Part shown: positions 53,963-63,584 of the stretch, in pieces
Layout of the letters: each line of letters starts with the position of its first letter
How positions within the stretch are numbered: position 1 is the first letter of the stretch
Notes under the pieces: model-generated
Seen by the model: the letters and a program-made list of their open reading frames with translations, nothing else
Told to the model about the DNA's origin: nothing
The model's database searches: none
IMG/VR virus record: IMGVR_UViG_3300045988_122538
Length of the DNA: 64,000 bases
From: a virus
Reading direction: 5' to 3' (one strand)
Translations under genes and position numbers: made by a program

Positions 53963-54997
53963 ATGAAACGAAGAATTATATGTTCCTTCAGACAATACAA
54001 TGCTAATACCAAAGATATAAGAAAAGGTGACTGTTCTGTACGTGCATTATCACTAGCATATGGTATTGATTATGAACTTGTATACAAGTCTCTCAAAACA
54101 TATCAAAGAGAACTTGGTTATGGAATTTACAATGACTTAAGAAATATAGAGTACTTTATAGAAGGTAACAACAGTCAAAAGATACAAGTTGATAAGAGTG
54201 TAGATACTGTAGATGATTTTTGTAATTCTTACACCATAGGTACGTATTTGTTATTTACAAGTAAAACAGATACATCACGTATAAATCATATAGTTGCTGT
54301 AATAGATGGTGATCTGTATGATACATGGGATTCTTTGAATCAACATGTGCGTGAAGTTTACTGTGTAAGTTCTGATACTACTCATATGTATTCTGATGAG
54401 TTCAATATCAACGATGCAGCTTCGCAGATATGGGAACCTTTAGATAATTACATACAGTCTCAGAATAAAAAAGTAGAATTCATGTATGTAGATTTACAAG
54501 AGTTAGGAGTTAAGGGTAATGATACTGTTGTAATTGTATTAAAATGCATTCTAGATGATAGCATACCTATTTATTCTAAATATAAAAAATCCTCTGTAAT
54601 TACTCAAAGATTCATTGCAAAATTCAACCTCAAGAAGGATCAAACACAAAATGTGAAAGTTCTTGTACCCAAGCTCAGAACTAAGATATATGACTGGATG
54701 TATAATATACGAAAAGATATCCAAGATGCAAAGAAAGCTGAAACTATAAATCGTAAAGATTTTCTAGGTGATAAAACACTAGTTGCTAAATTACCAGAAT
54801 GGTCTCACCCTTATGTGACATATGCAAGTACATTAAATTATTCATCTGCATATTCAGTAGATATGGATGCACTAGATGGTGATCCTAGAAAGTCAGAAGC
54901 ACCTACGGTATATTTTCGTGCTGATTCTTTGAGAGAGTTGAAACAACAATTAGCATCATATAAATCTAATTTCTCTAGATTAGGGTATGACTATTAG
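53963..54997 (+). CDS. Hypothetical protein with a possible papain-fold Cys-His N-terminal domain
   Basis: RKGDCSVRALSLAYG (candidate nucleophile Cys) and INHIVAVIDGDLYDTWDS (candidate His/Asp). Pattern only. Confidence 0.35.
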   Translation: MKRRIICSFRQYNANTKDIRKGDCSVRALSLAYGIDYELVYKSLKTYQRELGYGIYNDLRNIEYFIEGNNSQKIQVDKSVDTVDDFCNSYTIGTYLLFTSKTDTSRINHIVAVIDGDLYDTWDSLNQHVREVYCVSSDTTHMYSDEFNINDAASQIWEPLDNYIQSQNKKVEFMYVDLQELGVKGNDTVVIVLKCILDDSIPIYSKYKKSSVITQRFIAKFNLKKDQTQNVKVLVPKLRTKIYDWMYNIRKDIQDAKKAETINRKDFLGDKTLVAKLPEWSHPYVTYASTLNYSSAYSVDMDALDGDPRKSEAPTVYFRADSLRELKQQLASYKSNFSRLGYDY

Positions 54998-54999
54998 TA

Positions 55000-55028
55000 T
55001 TGCATAACCTATCATATTATTGTATAAT
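55000..55028 (+). promoter_or_regulatory. Sigma-A/sigma-70-type promoter
   Basis: TTGCAT (55000-05), 17 nt, TATAAT (55023-28), then TACATGTAG as at 31038. Confidence 0.6.
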
Positions 55029-55052
55029 TACATGTAGAAGGAGGTAATCTGC

Positions 55053-55823
55053 ATGAAAGCAATATTTGCATGTAAGCTTTATAAATCAAGTAGACGTAAG
55101 GACAAAATAAAAGCAGCATTACAGAATCCTATAAATGCTGAGCTTGTAGAACAGATAGATGAATATCTAGGTGAAGAATATAGACCTGTAACTAAAATTG
55201 ACGGTGACGTCATGAAAACTGTTCCTAAACATGATAATAAATCAGGTTCATCTAATACACAAACAAGGTCAAGTGGTCATGGTCCTTCAAGTGGTGGACT
55301 AGGTGGTTTAAGTTCTGCATTATCTGGTCTAGACGATGATACTACCATATCGGAAAAATATGGTGACGAATTAGATGATGATGGAAATGCTGCATTTGAT
55401 GCTACTCAGGGTACAAGTTCGTCTGATGATGACACTTCTGATGATAATTCTGATACTACAGCAAATTCAGCTACAGCAGTGAAGAAATCATCTATCGTTG
55501 CTGATACAGTTGTAACTAAACCGTTTGTTGAAACACAAGTTTCCTTAAATGGTCTTGCAGGTGAACTTAAGGGAACATTGAATGCACGGTCATCGACTAC
55601 CGGTGTAAATCGTGTATGCGTAAAGAACAATGAGATATGGATTCATTATAATGATGATATCAATCTTAACAATGTTATGACTGCTGTAATAGACACATTG
55701 AATTCAGCAAATTATCATTACTTGATATTCAATCGTCTAGCAAGAACAGATAATGCAATTGTTTTTACAATCAACGGTAATGATACAGATAATGTGATGG
55801 AGCCGATATCTAATGAAAAATGA
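55053..55823 (+). CDS. Hypothetical protein with a low-complexity Gly/Ser/Asp centre
   Basis: 256-aa ORF. RBS GAAGGAGGT upstream. Confidence 0.55.
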   Translation: MKAIFACKLYKSSRRKDKIKAALQNPINAELVEQIDEYLGEEYRPVTKIDGDVMKTVPKHDNKSGSSNTQTRSSGHGPSSGGLGGLSSALSGLDDDTTISEKYGDELDDDGNAAFDATQGTSSSDDDTSDDNSDTTANSATAVKKSSIVADTVVTKPFVETQVSLNGLAGELKGTLNARSSTTGVNRVCVKNNEIWIHYNDDINLNNVMTAVIDTLNSANYHYLIFNRLARTDNAIVFTINGNDTDNVMEPISNEK

Positions 55824-56139
55824 ACTTCCAATAACTGAAGATTTAGATTTTCACTATCTACTAGAATTGATGCCTCCACTGCAAGACGAGGCTGAATTTT
55901 CTTGGCTGCCAGAATTATTTTCTACAGTAGGTTATGGTAGTTTGATTAAATTATGCAAATTCGCTGGTGGTGAGGTTATCAAGATACCAACACTTGAACA
56001 ACTTACTTCCAGTATAGAATCTCTACAGTGGTTCTATGATGTAGAAATATCTAAATGTAAGACATCTGATGAAATACCTTTACAATATCGAAATCTTGTA
56101 TCTAAAATAAAGGAGATATATGATGCTGGATACTGTTAA
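55813..56139 (+). CDS. Hypothetical protein
   Basis: 108-aa ORF overlapping the upstream stop. Confidence 0.5.
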   Translation: MKNELPITEDLDFHYLLELMPPLQDEAEFSWLPELFSTVGYGSLIKLCKFAGGEVIKIPTLEQLTSSIESLQWFYDVEISKCKTSDEIPLQYRNLVSKIKEIYDAGYC

Positions 56140-56320
56140 GCAATGTATAAAAGATGTTCCTGATATCTCATTTCAACAATTCTTTCAGATGTATGTAACA
56201 TCTGTACAAGATTCTAACATAGATAGAGAGGTCAGCTACTTAATAAACAGAAACATATTAGGTGTAAACTCTATGGGAATGTTAATCCATAATACAATTG
56301 AAAGGTTGAAACATGTATGA
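56120..56320 (+). CDS. Hypothetical protein
   Basis: 66-aa ORF. RBS AAGGAG upstream. Confidence 0.45.
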   Translation: MMLDTVKQCIKDVPDISFQQFFQMYVTSVQDSNIDREVSYLINRNILGVNSMGMLIHNTIERLKHV

Positions 56321-56622
56321 TTACAGCTACAAATATACAAAGTGCATATAATGATTTGTATAAAGAAGTGCGAAGATACATATGGGATTTCGATACAGTA
56401 AGTGCTCTTGCAGATTTGGAAGTTGAAACTTATCAAACCTTTCCAGATATAGAGCAGCTTATTAAGAAATTTGATACGTTCAAACGATATGTTAATGATA
56501 CAGATGTACTTCGTGAGGACGAAGATGTCAAGAAGGCATTTGACGAATTCGAGGAAATCATAAATGATGATAACATAGAGTTATATGCAAACTTAAAAGA
56601 TTTTCAGGAGGTACCAGTATGA
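56317..56622 (+). CDS. Hypothetical acidic protein
   Basis: 101-aa ORF with ATGA start/stop overlap. Confidence 0.5.
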   Translation: MITATNIQSAYNDLYKEVRRYIWDFDTVSALADLEVETYQTFPDIEQLIKKFDTFKRYVNDTDVLREDEDVKKAFDEFEEIINDDNIELYANLKDFQEVPV

Positions 56623-56825
56623 GTGTCAAGAGAATGAAGATAATGAAGTCTAAATCAACTGTAAAGTCTGCAACAGATGCAACTGTTTCTAAATCTGCTT
56701 ATGCAGAAGCTATCAACAACATCCAGTCTGCAATTCAAGCATTGAGTAAAGCTGCACAAGATGGTGATACTCTTGCTAAAGAATCAATTGCTAACTTAAG
56801 TGTTGTATTGTTTGATTTGAAGTAA
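56619..56825 (+). CDS. Hypothetical protein
   Basis: 68-aa ORF with ATGA overlap. Confidence 0.45.
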   Translation: MSVKRMKIMKSKSTVKSATDATVSKSAYAEAINNIQSAIQALSKAAQDGDTLAKESIANLSVVLFDLK

Positions 56826-56845
56826 ACAAAATTCGGAGGTGCTTT

Positions 56846-57361
56846 ATGGACGATATCAAAACTGTTGATAGTTCAGAAGTAGTGTATGATCCTGTATACC
56901 AACGACAAAAAGAGGGCGTCACGAAAATGCGTACGTCCTTGTTGGCGTGTACTGCTGAAAACGGTGTTACTATAAGAAACACATTAGATTCAATAACAGC
57001 TATGCGAATATATCATCAGATGATGCGTATAATCAAATATACAGAGTTGATGGATAAGCTTGAAGATAAGCTTTACAGGTCCATTGATAATATGTTAGAT
57101 AACTCTCCCGATGATGAACGAACTCTATTATCACTCTTACATATTCAAGAGCGTTTACAAAAGTCAATGATTGAATCTCATAAATTGATTCAGCCATATC
57201 TTGATATAAAAGAGTTTTCAGTTGTTGATCTTGTACCTCAAGAGTCTACAGCTGCTTCTAGTACTCAGTTTAACATGAAGTCTGAGGATCGTGATAGATT
57301 GCGTTCTAATGCTCAACAAGTTCTACTTCAATTAAAGGAAGGTGGGCTAGTTGCAAAATAA
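56846..57361 (+). CDS. Hypothetical protein (small terminase subunit possible by position only)
   Basis: 171-aa helical ORF immediately upstream of, and overlapping, TerL. Confidence 0.4.
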   Translation: MDDIKTVDSSEVVYDPVYQRQKEGVTKMRTSLLACTAENGVTIRNTLDSITAMRIYHQMMRIIKYTELMDKLEDKLYRSIDNMLDNSPDDERTLLSLLHIQERLQKSMIESHKLIQPYLDIKEFSVVDLVPQESTAASSTQFNMKSEDRDRLRSNAQQVLLQLKEGGLVAK

Positions 57362-59306
57362 CATCACAGATCTATCGCTACCTGAAAGAATTCAAAAGAT
57401 ATTTTCGAGCTGTAATGAAGTAGAACAGTCATACTTGCTTCAAATTCTAGAAGAATTGAGTGAGTCGGATTGTGGATACTCTAAAACATATGAAGACATA
57501 TGGTTATCTGATTACAAAGAGATACCAGTAGACATTGACACATTCTTAGATTCTGAAACATATCTAGGAAAAACTAACAGATGCGGTAAGGCTGTATTTC
57601 CATTTTGGCGTACAGAGTTGAGGAACTTCTTCAATGCTGGTAATCAATTTCATGAATGGATTCTAACAGGAGCTACTCGTATTGGTAAATCATCTACTGG
57701 TATATCAGCAACATCATACATGTTGTATAGATTGATGTGTTTGCGAGATCCTCAAAAATACTTCAATAAGAAAGACGTATCTAAGTTTTCTATACTGTTT
57801 TTCAACATTACAAAAGACTTGGCAAAGGGTGTAGCTTATCGTGAATTCAATGATACATTGAAAGCAAGCCCTTGGTTCAATGCACACGGAACCTTTTCTA
57901 GTAGTGAAAGAGATTTCTACTATATACCAGAGGGTGGAAAGATAATCATAGATTATGGTTCAGACGCTTCACATGGTCTAGGACAACAGGTATTTGTTGG
58001 GTTCATGGATGAGTGTAACTTCAGCAAAGCAGGTGTTAAAGACGTTAACAAAGCAAAATCACATATGAAAGAAACTTACAACACAATATCAGCCCGTGTT
58101 AAAGGTACATTTAAGCATGGTGGTGAAGTATTCGGAAAGATATTCGCTGTAAGCTCTAAACGTAGTGATAGTGATTTCATGGAAGCTTATGTGCAAGAGC
58201 AGTTAGATGCTGGTGCAGGCGATCATATGTATATATCTGATGCACCTCAGTGGGAAGTACTTCCTAAAGATACATTTGCAAGTGAAACATTCTACATTGC
58301 AGTTGGTGACAGATATCATAAGGGTTTTGTAGTACCTGATAATCAATGTTTTCCTGAAGCACTTGATGATTTACGAAAGCAAGGTTATAAAATACTGGAA
58401 CCACCAGTTGATATGAAATCTGATTTCTTAGCTGACTTTGAGATTGCATTGAGAGATCTTGCTGGTATTGCAGTAACAGGTGCATTGTCTTTCATAACAC
58501 AAGCAGCTATAACTCCTTGTATTTCTAAGACTCGAAAAAATCCTTTCTATTCTGATATTTTAGAAATTGGTACAAAGGATAATTTCAGTATCGAAGAATT
58601 TTTCCATATGAAAGAAGTTCCACCTGAACTCAAACGAATACCTATATTTATACATCTTGACTTGTCACTTACTACTGACCGAACAGGTATATCAGGCGGT
58701 GGTATAACAGGTCGTAAAGATATTGTAAATAAGGATGGTGCTAAAGTATCAATGCCGTTCTTATCGCATCTGTTTTCAGTAGCTATTCAAGCTCCAAGAG
58801 GTGATAAGATTGCATATGGTAAAATAGTTGCATTTATATGTTGGTTGCGTAAATCTGGATTCCATATTGAGCGTATAAGTCGAGATCAATTTCAAAGTGA
58901 ATATCTTGCACAAGAGCTTGAACAAAAGGGCTTCACAGTAGATAAGATATCACTTGATAGAACGTCAGACGGATACACAGCATTACGTTCTGTATTGTTA
59001 GAAGAGCGTATAGATCAACTTGATCATAAACTTCTACAAGATGAACTTGTACATCTACAGCGAGATAGTGTAACTGATAGAGTAGACCACCCTGCCGGCG
59101 GTAGTAAGGATGTTGCTGATAGTCATGCAGGTTGGGTATGGAACGCAATACGTCATAATCCAGGAATTACTATTCCAGCTAAAAAGGTTGTATCAGCAAT
59201 AGCAGCTGTCAACCAAAATACTAATCGTCAACGTGGGGCAACTCTTCCGAGTATGTTCCCTGGATTGAATACAATCAATACGTCTAAAAACAAATTCAAA
59301 CGATGA
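57351..59306 (+). CDS. terL: Terminase large subunit
   Basis: Walker A LTGATRIGKSS, Walker B VFVGFMDECNF. C-terminal nuclease-type acidic motifs IHLDLSLTTDRTGISG and DHPAGGSKDVADS. 651 aa. TTG start. Confidence 0.8.
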   Translation: MQNNITDLSLPERIQKIFSSCNEVEQSYLLQILEELSESDCGYSKTYEDIWLSDYKEIPVDIDTFLDSETYLGKTNRCGKAVFPFWRTELRNFFNAGNQFHEWILTGATRIGKSSTGISATSYMLYRLMCLRDPQKYFNKKDVSKFSILFFNITKDLAKGVAYREFNDTLKASPWFNAHGTFSSSERDFYYIPEGGKIIIDYGSDASHGLGQQVFVGFMDECNFSKAGVKDVNKAKSHMKETYNTISARVKGTFKHGGEVFGKIFAVSSKRSDSDFMEAYVQEQLDAGAGDHMYISDAPQWEVLPKDTFASETFYIAVGDRYHKGFVVPDNQCFPEALDDLRKQGYKILEPPVDMKSDFLADFEIALRDLAGIAVTGALSFITQAAITPCISKTRKNPFYSDILEIGTKDNFSIEEFFHMKEVPPELKRIPIFIHLDLSLTTDRTGISGGGITGRKDIVNKDGAKVSMPFLSHLFSVAIQAPRGDKIAYGKIVAFICWLRKSGFHIERISRDQFQSEYLAQELEQKGFTVDKISLDRTSDGYTALRSVLLEERIDQLDHKLLQDELVHLQRDSVTDRVDHPAGGSKDVADSHAGWVWNAIRHNPGITIPAKKVVSAIAAVNQNTNRQRGATLPSMFPGLNTINTSKNKFKR

Positions 59307-60892
59307 AAGGTATGATTACTATGAAAATGAGAAACCTTCTCAAACCCGGAGATTTTGTAACCTTAGTTCCTGCTGGTATACACATTACACTTCAGTACAA
59401 TGCTGAAGGTAATCTTGAAAAAGTATACACAGGATTTCAGTCAGATAGGGTTGACTGTTCTAATGAATTGCGTACTTTATTGGTTCAGAATCATACAGTA
59501 CCAGGTACTGTGCACATCAAAAGAGGTACAAGTTGGGTACGTGGTGTGCTATATACAAATGCTGTACAAAATGCACCTGGCAAGCTTCCAGCTTGTATTC
59601 AACAGTCATTGATGAAATTGTATCATTCAAATCCGTCGCAATTCAATTTCTTTGCAGCTACATTTGAAAGTACAATGACTGATTTCAAAGGAGCTACTCC
59701 TACTCGTCATGCACTGTCTATGTCAAAGTTTAAGCTGCTGCCAGGTTGGCTTGTTCCTGGTAATGTTACAGATAATTTGACTGACACATGGGTAAATAGC
59801 CCACAGTTTACGTTCAATAAGATAGTAACTGATTACATTATCTTTCACAGAGGCAAAGTGAATTATCTATCTGCTAATTCTTCACAGTTCATTGTCAATA
59901 AAGTAGTTAGATATACAGACGATAATGGATATGTTAAGGGTAGAATTTATCAAGACGTAAAAAGTCCTATCAGTGTTGATTATTCTGATATTGTACGTTT
60001 TGATATACAGCCTAATACACTAGTTGTATTAGATTCCGAAAATCAGATAATGCTTACTAAACCTACTGATAATAAAAAGCGTGATAAAAGATCTCGTACT
60101 ATTACTTGTAAGTATTGTGGTAAGTCTTATCAATCACCTTTATTTGGTACAGTTCAATGCCCAGATACACATTGCGTATCAAAGATGCTTCCTAATATCA
60201 GACAGTTCTTATCAAAACTGAATTTAACAGTTCCATCTAATGAAGAAATTCATAAGTGGTTAGAAGATAAAACTATCCTGTGTATACCCGATATCTTATT
60301 ACTTCCAGATTATCAACATTTGCAGATAGAGGTATCATTATCATCTCTATTACGTGCAATAGTACCAATTTCTGCTGTTCCTAGAGATGATATATTTGTT
60401 CTGTTTGCAAATGCATGCACAAACAATGCTAGAACAATGCGTTATTATGTTACTAATCCTGCACTCATTACTGCAGATTTAGGGCTAAATCATGCTGATT
60501 TGCCGAAATTGCTAAATTGGTTCAACGATAATTGCAATGCATCTGATGTTCAATCTTTACTAGATGCACCTCAATTCATTTTCAAGGACAAAGATAAACG
60601 TTTTGACGGACCGCCTATCTTCCGTAACAAAGTAATCTTCTTGACTGGTGATTTTATAAGAGGTAATTTTGCTGAAATCTCAGCTATCCTCCAAAGTTAT
60701 TCAGCAAGAGTAACTCTACAATTCACAGATGATGTTCATTGTGTACTTATTGGTGGTAAGCATGAAAACATTGACGGTAGAGCAATCAATGCTGCACACA
60801 ATTTAGGTATATCTGTTATGCAAGAAGAGGATTTCTTCAAGTATTATCAAATTGATGAAGACCTCAAAGCGAACCTTGTATATAAACAGTAA
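59303..60892 (+). CDS. LigA-like protein lacking the adenylation catalytic residues (pseudo-ligase)
   Basis: LVPAGIHITLQYNAEGNLEKVYTGFQS and WVRGV align by eye to SAKLDGLSVVLYYESGKLVQALTRGDG and VRGE of the ligase at 2761. However, KxDG, TRGDG and RGE are all replaced. It retains a C4 zinc finger (CKYCGKS...CPDTHC) and a BRCT-like C-terminus (VIFLTGDF...HCVLIGGK). The start is ambiguous (ATGs at 59303, 59312, 59321, 59327). Confidence 0.55.
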   Translation: MKGMITMKMRNLLKPGDFVTLVPAGIHITLQYNAEGNLEKVYTGFQSDRVDCSNELRTLLVQNHTVPGTVHIKRGTSWVRGVLYTNAVQNAPGKLPACIQQSLMKLYHSNPSQFNFFAATFESTMTDFKGATPTRHALSMSKFKLLPGWLVPGNVTDNLTDTWVNSPQFTFNKIVTDYIIFHRGKVNYLSANSSQFIVNKVVRYTDDNGYVKGRIYQDVKSPISVDYSDIVRFDIQPNTLVVLDSENQIMLTKPTDNKKRDKRSRTITCKYCGKSYQSPLFGTVQCPDTHCVSKMLPNIRQFLSKLNLTVPSNEEIHKWLEDKTILCIPDILLLPDYQHLQIEVSLSSLLRAIVPISAVPRDDIFVLFANACTNNARTMRYYVTNPALITADLGLNHADLPKLLNWFNDNCNASDVQSLLDAPQFIFKDKDKRFDGPPIFRNKVIFLTGDFIRGNFAEISAILQSYSARVTLQFTDDVHCVLIGGKHENIDGRAINAAHNLGISVMQEEDFFKYYQIDEDLKANLVYKQ

Positions 60893-60904
60893 GGAGTGAT
60901 ATTG

Positions 60905-62395
60905 ATGTCAAGAATTGTTGATAGATTGTTAAGACGTGGTAAGAAGTACAACAAGACAGTATCGTGGCTCCGTAATGTTACATCAGGATCATTCCTGAAA
61001 ATGTCAGATTTACGTGGTGCTACAAGTATTGATGATATAAAGACTAAAATTGATACAATGCGTGCTTTAGCAAAGGATTCTCAGATAAGCACAGCATTGT
61101 CGTATTATGCTACAGATGCTACTACAACAAATACGAAGGGTCAAATTATATGGGCAGATTCTAAAGATAAGAATTGTGCAAACATTATAAATGGACTTTT
61201 CAAACGATGGAATGTAAATATGTATGTTCGAGATCATATACTTGAACTTGCTACTATTGGTAATTTCTATATGCCAACTACTTGGATGTATAATGCACCT
61301 TCTAAACAAACCATTCATGTTGGAGTAGGGCTTGATAACAATACTATCCCTGATGATAAGTATGACATTATTCCAGCTTATATGATACCACCTGAAGATA
61401 TTATTCATATTTGGTATCAAGGTAAGCCACAAGGTTATATTTATCAGCCTGAGGATGGTGTACAAGACTATATTTCATATCCTGAGGATGCTGTTATACA
61501 CTTCTCATTAGGCGGATTATTAGGTGAGTATACAATTGATACTCGTAATTCTGACGGTGATGAAGAAACATTTGATATTCAATTTGCTGAACCTCTTATG
61601 AGTAATGCCGTATCTCCTACACAGACATTAAGTTTGTTGGAGGACTCATTGTTGTTAGCTTCTTTGATAAGAACTATTAAGTTCATAAATGTAGATTGTC
61701 AAGACGCTGAGGAAGAAGAAGTTCAAGATATACTTCAGCGTATGAAGGATATTGTTGAACAGCAGATTTCTATAAATACTGCTACAGGTGATGCTCAAAG
61801 TTTCGTCAATCCACAAAGTCCTAACAATCTTGTTTACTTAGCAAAGGTAAACGGAAATGATGCTATATCTGTAACTGATCTTAACATGGCAGAAGCTACT
61901 GAAGCTGATAATAAATTGCTTGATTACTATCAGAACAAGAAGCTATCTGTACTCGGTGTTCCAAAGGAAGCGATGAACTTCTCTTCTGCAGAGGGTCTAG
62001 GTAATGCAGGTACTGTAATGTCACAGCGTTCTGCTCTTTATGCTAACATCTTAAATCGTCTTATGACTGCATATAAAGAGGGATGGCGTACAGCTCTTAA
62101 TGCTTATTTCAAAGTAAACGGTTACAGCGGATATGTTGATAACTTTGAACTTCACATGAATCCTATAGTTACAACACAGTCTACTGTACAATTTGAAAAG
62201 CGAGATGCTGCATTGAACCAAGCAACTACACTTGTACAGCTACTCAGAGATACAGGAGTTAGTCATAAAGAAGCTTATACAATAGCACTTACTGAGATAC
62301 TTTCAGAGGTATTTCCTCAGATTGGTTCTGATATACCTACTTGGGACATAGCTTCAGAAGCAACAGGAGAAGGAGGCGGCGATGATGTTCTCTAA
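60905..62395 (+). CDS. Putative portal protein
   Basis: About 497 aa, in the packaging module downstream of TerL, with an acidic C-terminus. Assigned by size and position, not by motif. ATG at 60905 lies 8 nt after AAGGAG. Confidence 0.45.
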   Translation: MSRIVDRLLRRGKKYNKTVSWLRNVTSGSFLKMSDLRGATSIDDIKTKIDTMRALAKDSQISTALSYYATDATTTNTKGQIIWADSKDKNCANIINGLFKRWNVNMYVRDHILELATIGNFYMPTTWMYNAPSKQTIHVGVGLDNNTIPDDKYDIIPAYMIPPEDIIHIWYQGKPQGYIYQPEDGVQDYISYPEDAVIHFSLGGLLGEYTIDTRNSDGDEETFDIQFAEPLMSNAVSPTQTLSLLEDSLLLASLIRTIKFINVDCQDAEEEEVQDILQRMKDIVEQQISINTATGDAQSFVNPQSPNNLVYLAKVNGNDAISVTDLNMAEATEADNKLLDYYQNKKLSVLGVPKEAMNFSSAEGLGNAGTVMSQRSALYANILNRLMTAYKEGWRTALNAYFKVNGYSGYVDNFELHMNPIVTTQSTVQFEKRDAALNQATTLVQLLRDTGVSHKEAYTIALTEILSEVFPQIGSDIPTWDIASEATGEGGGDDVL

Positions 62396-62747
62396 TCCTA
62401 AATTATTATCACATCAGTTCTTCAGTGAATTGAAGCAATACAATAGTACAAACTTCAAAGCTCTTCATACTGCACAACTTACAGAAGATGACCCTGTAAT
62501 TATGAAGGCATTTAGTAGTGTTATCACACGATTCTTTATCTTTTGTGAAAAGCATCCTGAGTTGTCTGAAACTGAGCGTAGAATGCTTTATTTTCAGTTA
62601 AAGGTGGATATGATAGCTCGTTTCTTCTCTAACTATCCAAATACAAATACTGATGATTTAGTAGCATTTCAAACTGAATTGCGTTACTTTGTTAAAGAAA
62701 ATGAAAACGGTGGTGATAAAAATGCTGAGTCAGCCATTGCAGTATAA
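62382..62747 (+). CDS. Hypothetical protein
   Basis: 121-aa ORF overlapping the upstream stop. Confidence 0.5.
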   Translation: MMFSNPKLLSHQFFSELKQYNSTNFKALHTAQLTEDDPVIMKAFSSVITRFFIFCEKHPELSETERRMLYFQLKVDMIARFFSNYPNTNTDDLVAFQTELRYFVKENENGGDKNAESAIAV

Positions 62748-63333
62748 CATCTCAGATTGGCATCAGTTATCTGATGCCAAATCTAATAATAGTAGAGATT
62801 TGAGTATCTCTGTTTCTGATATCATACAGGATGCTAGGCTTACTGGACTTAGAATTCAATTAAATCATACTCAATTTGGTGTGCTATTTGCTTGTGTATT
62901 GAACGCACAGGGTAGTATGGTTACAGAATTCAATGAAAATCTTGTTGTTGAATTTACTACAAAACAGATTCTTGCTGAGCTTAAGAAATACGGTTTCTTG
63001 ATTACGTTTGAACCTAGGGCACATCTTCCCGGTAATCAGATTCAATATCTAATGACATTAAAGGGACTAGGCTATGATAAGCTCAGAATAATGAATGTTT
63101 ATAAGTACAACATTCAAGGAACAAAACAATTTCAGTGGTATGTTATAGCATTCAATATTCATGATGAAAATTGGCTTAATAATGGATATTCAATTTCAGA
63201 GACTGAATTCATGAAAGCTCTTAAAGATGGTAGATGCATAAATATATCTGCTATTAGTAAGACTCAAAGATGGTCATGGAGTTGGTTAGACTATGTAGCT
63301 AACATTGATGACATATTGGAGGATAACGCATGA
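62722..63333 (+). CDS. Hypothetical protein
   Basis: In-frame ATG at 62722 within track ORF 62689-63333. Confidence 0.5.
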   Translation: MLSQPLQYNISDWHQLSDAKSNNSRDLSISVSDIIQDARLTGLRIQLNHTQFGVLFACVLNAQGSMVTEFNENLVVEFTTKQILAELKKYGFLITFEPRAHLPGNQIQYLMTLKGLGYDKLRIMNVYKYNIQGTKQFQWYVIAFNIHDENWLNNGYSISETEFMKALKDGRCINISAISKTQRWSWSWLDYVANIDDILEDNA

Positions 63334-63572
63334 GAGATAAGTTCAACAAAGAGCATGTATTGAGTTTGTGCAAACCTGGTGACTATGGTATAATGGCACC
63401 GCCTATGGATGCTCAAGTTGCATTGCAGGAATTGTGTCGATACTTTTTAGGTAAAGATTGGTATGATAGTTCTGGTGCAAGTAATCCAGAGCAGGTAAAC
63501 ACAGCAATTGTTGCTGAAATTGAGATGAATTACAGAGGTGCTAAATTAAAGCGTAAAGTAGTATATGAATGA
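63330..63572 (+). CDS. Hypothetical protein
   Basis: 80-aa ORF with ATGA overlap. Confidence 0.5.
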   Translation: MRDKFNKEHVLSLCKPGDYGIMAPPMDAQVALQELCRYFLGKDWYDSSGASNPEQVNTAIVAEIEMNYRGAKLKRKVVYE

Positions 63573-63584
63573 GTGGTGATATTG

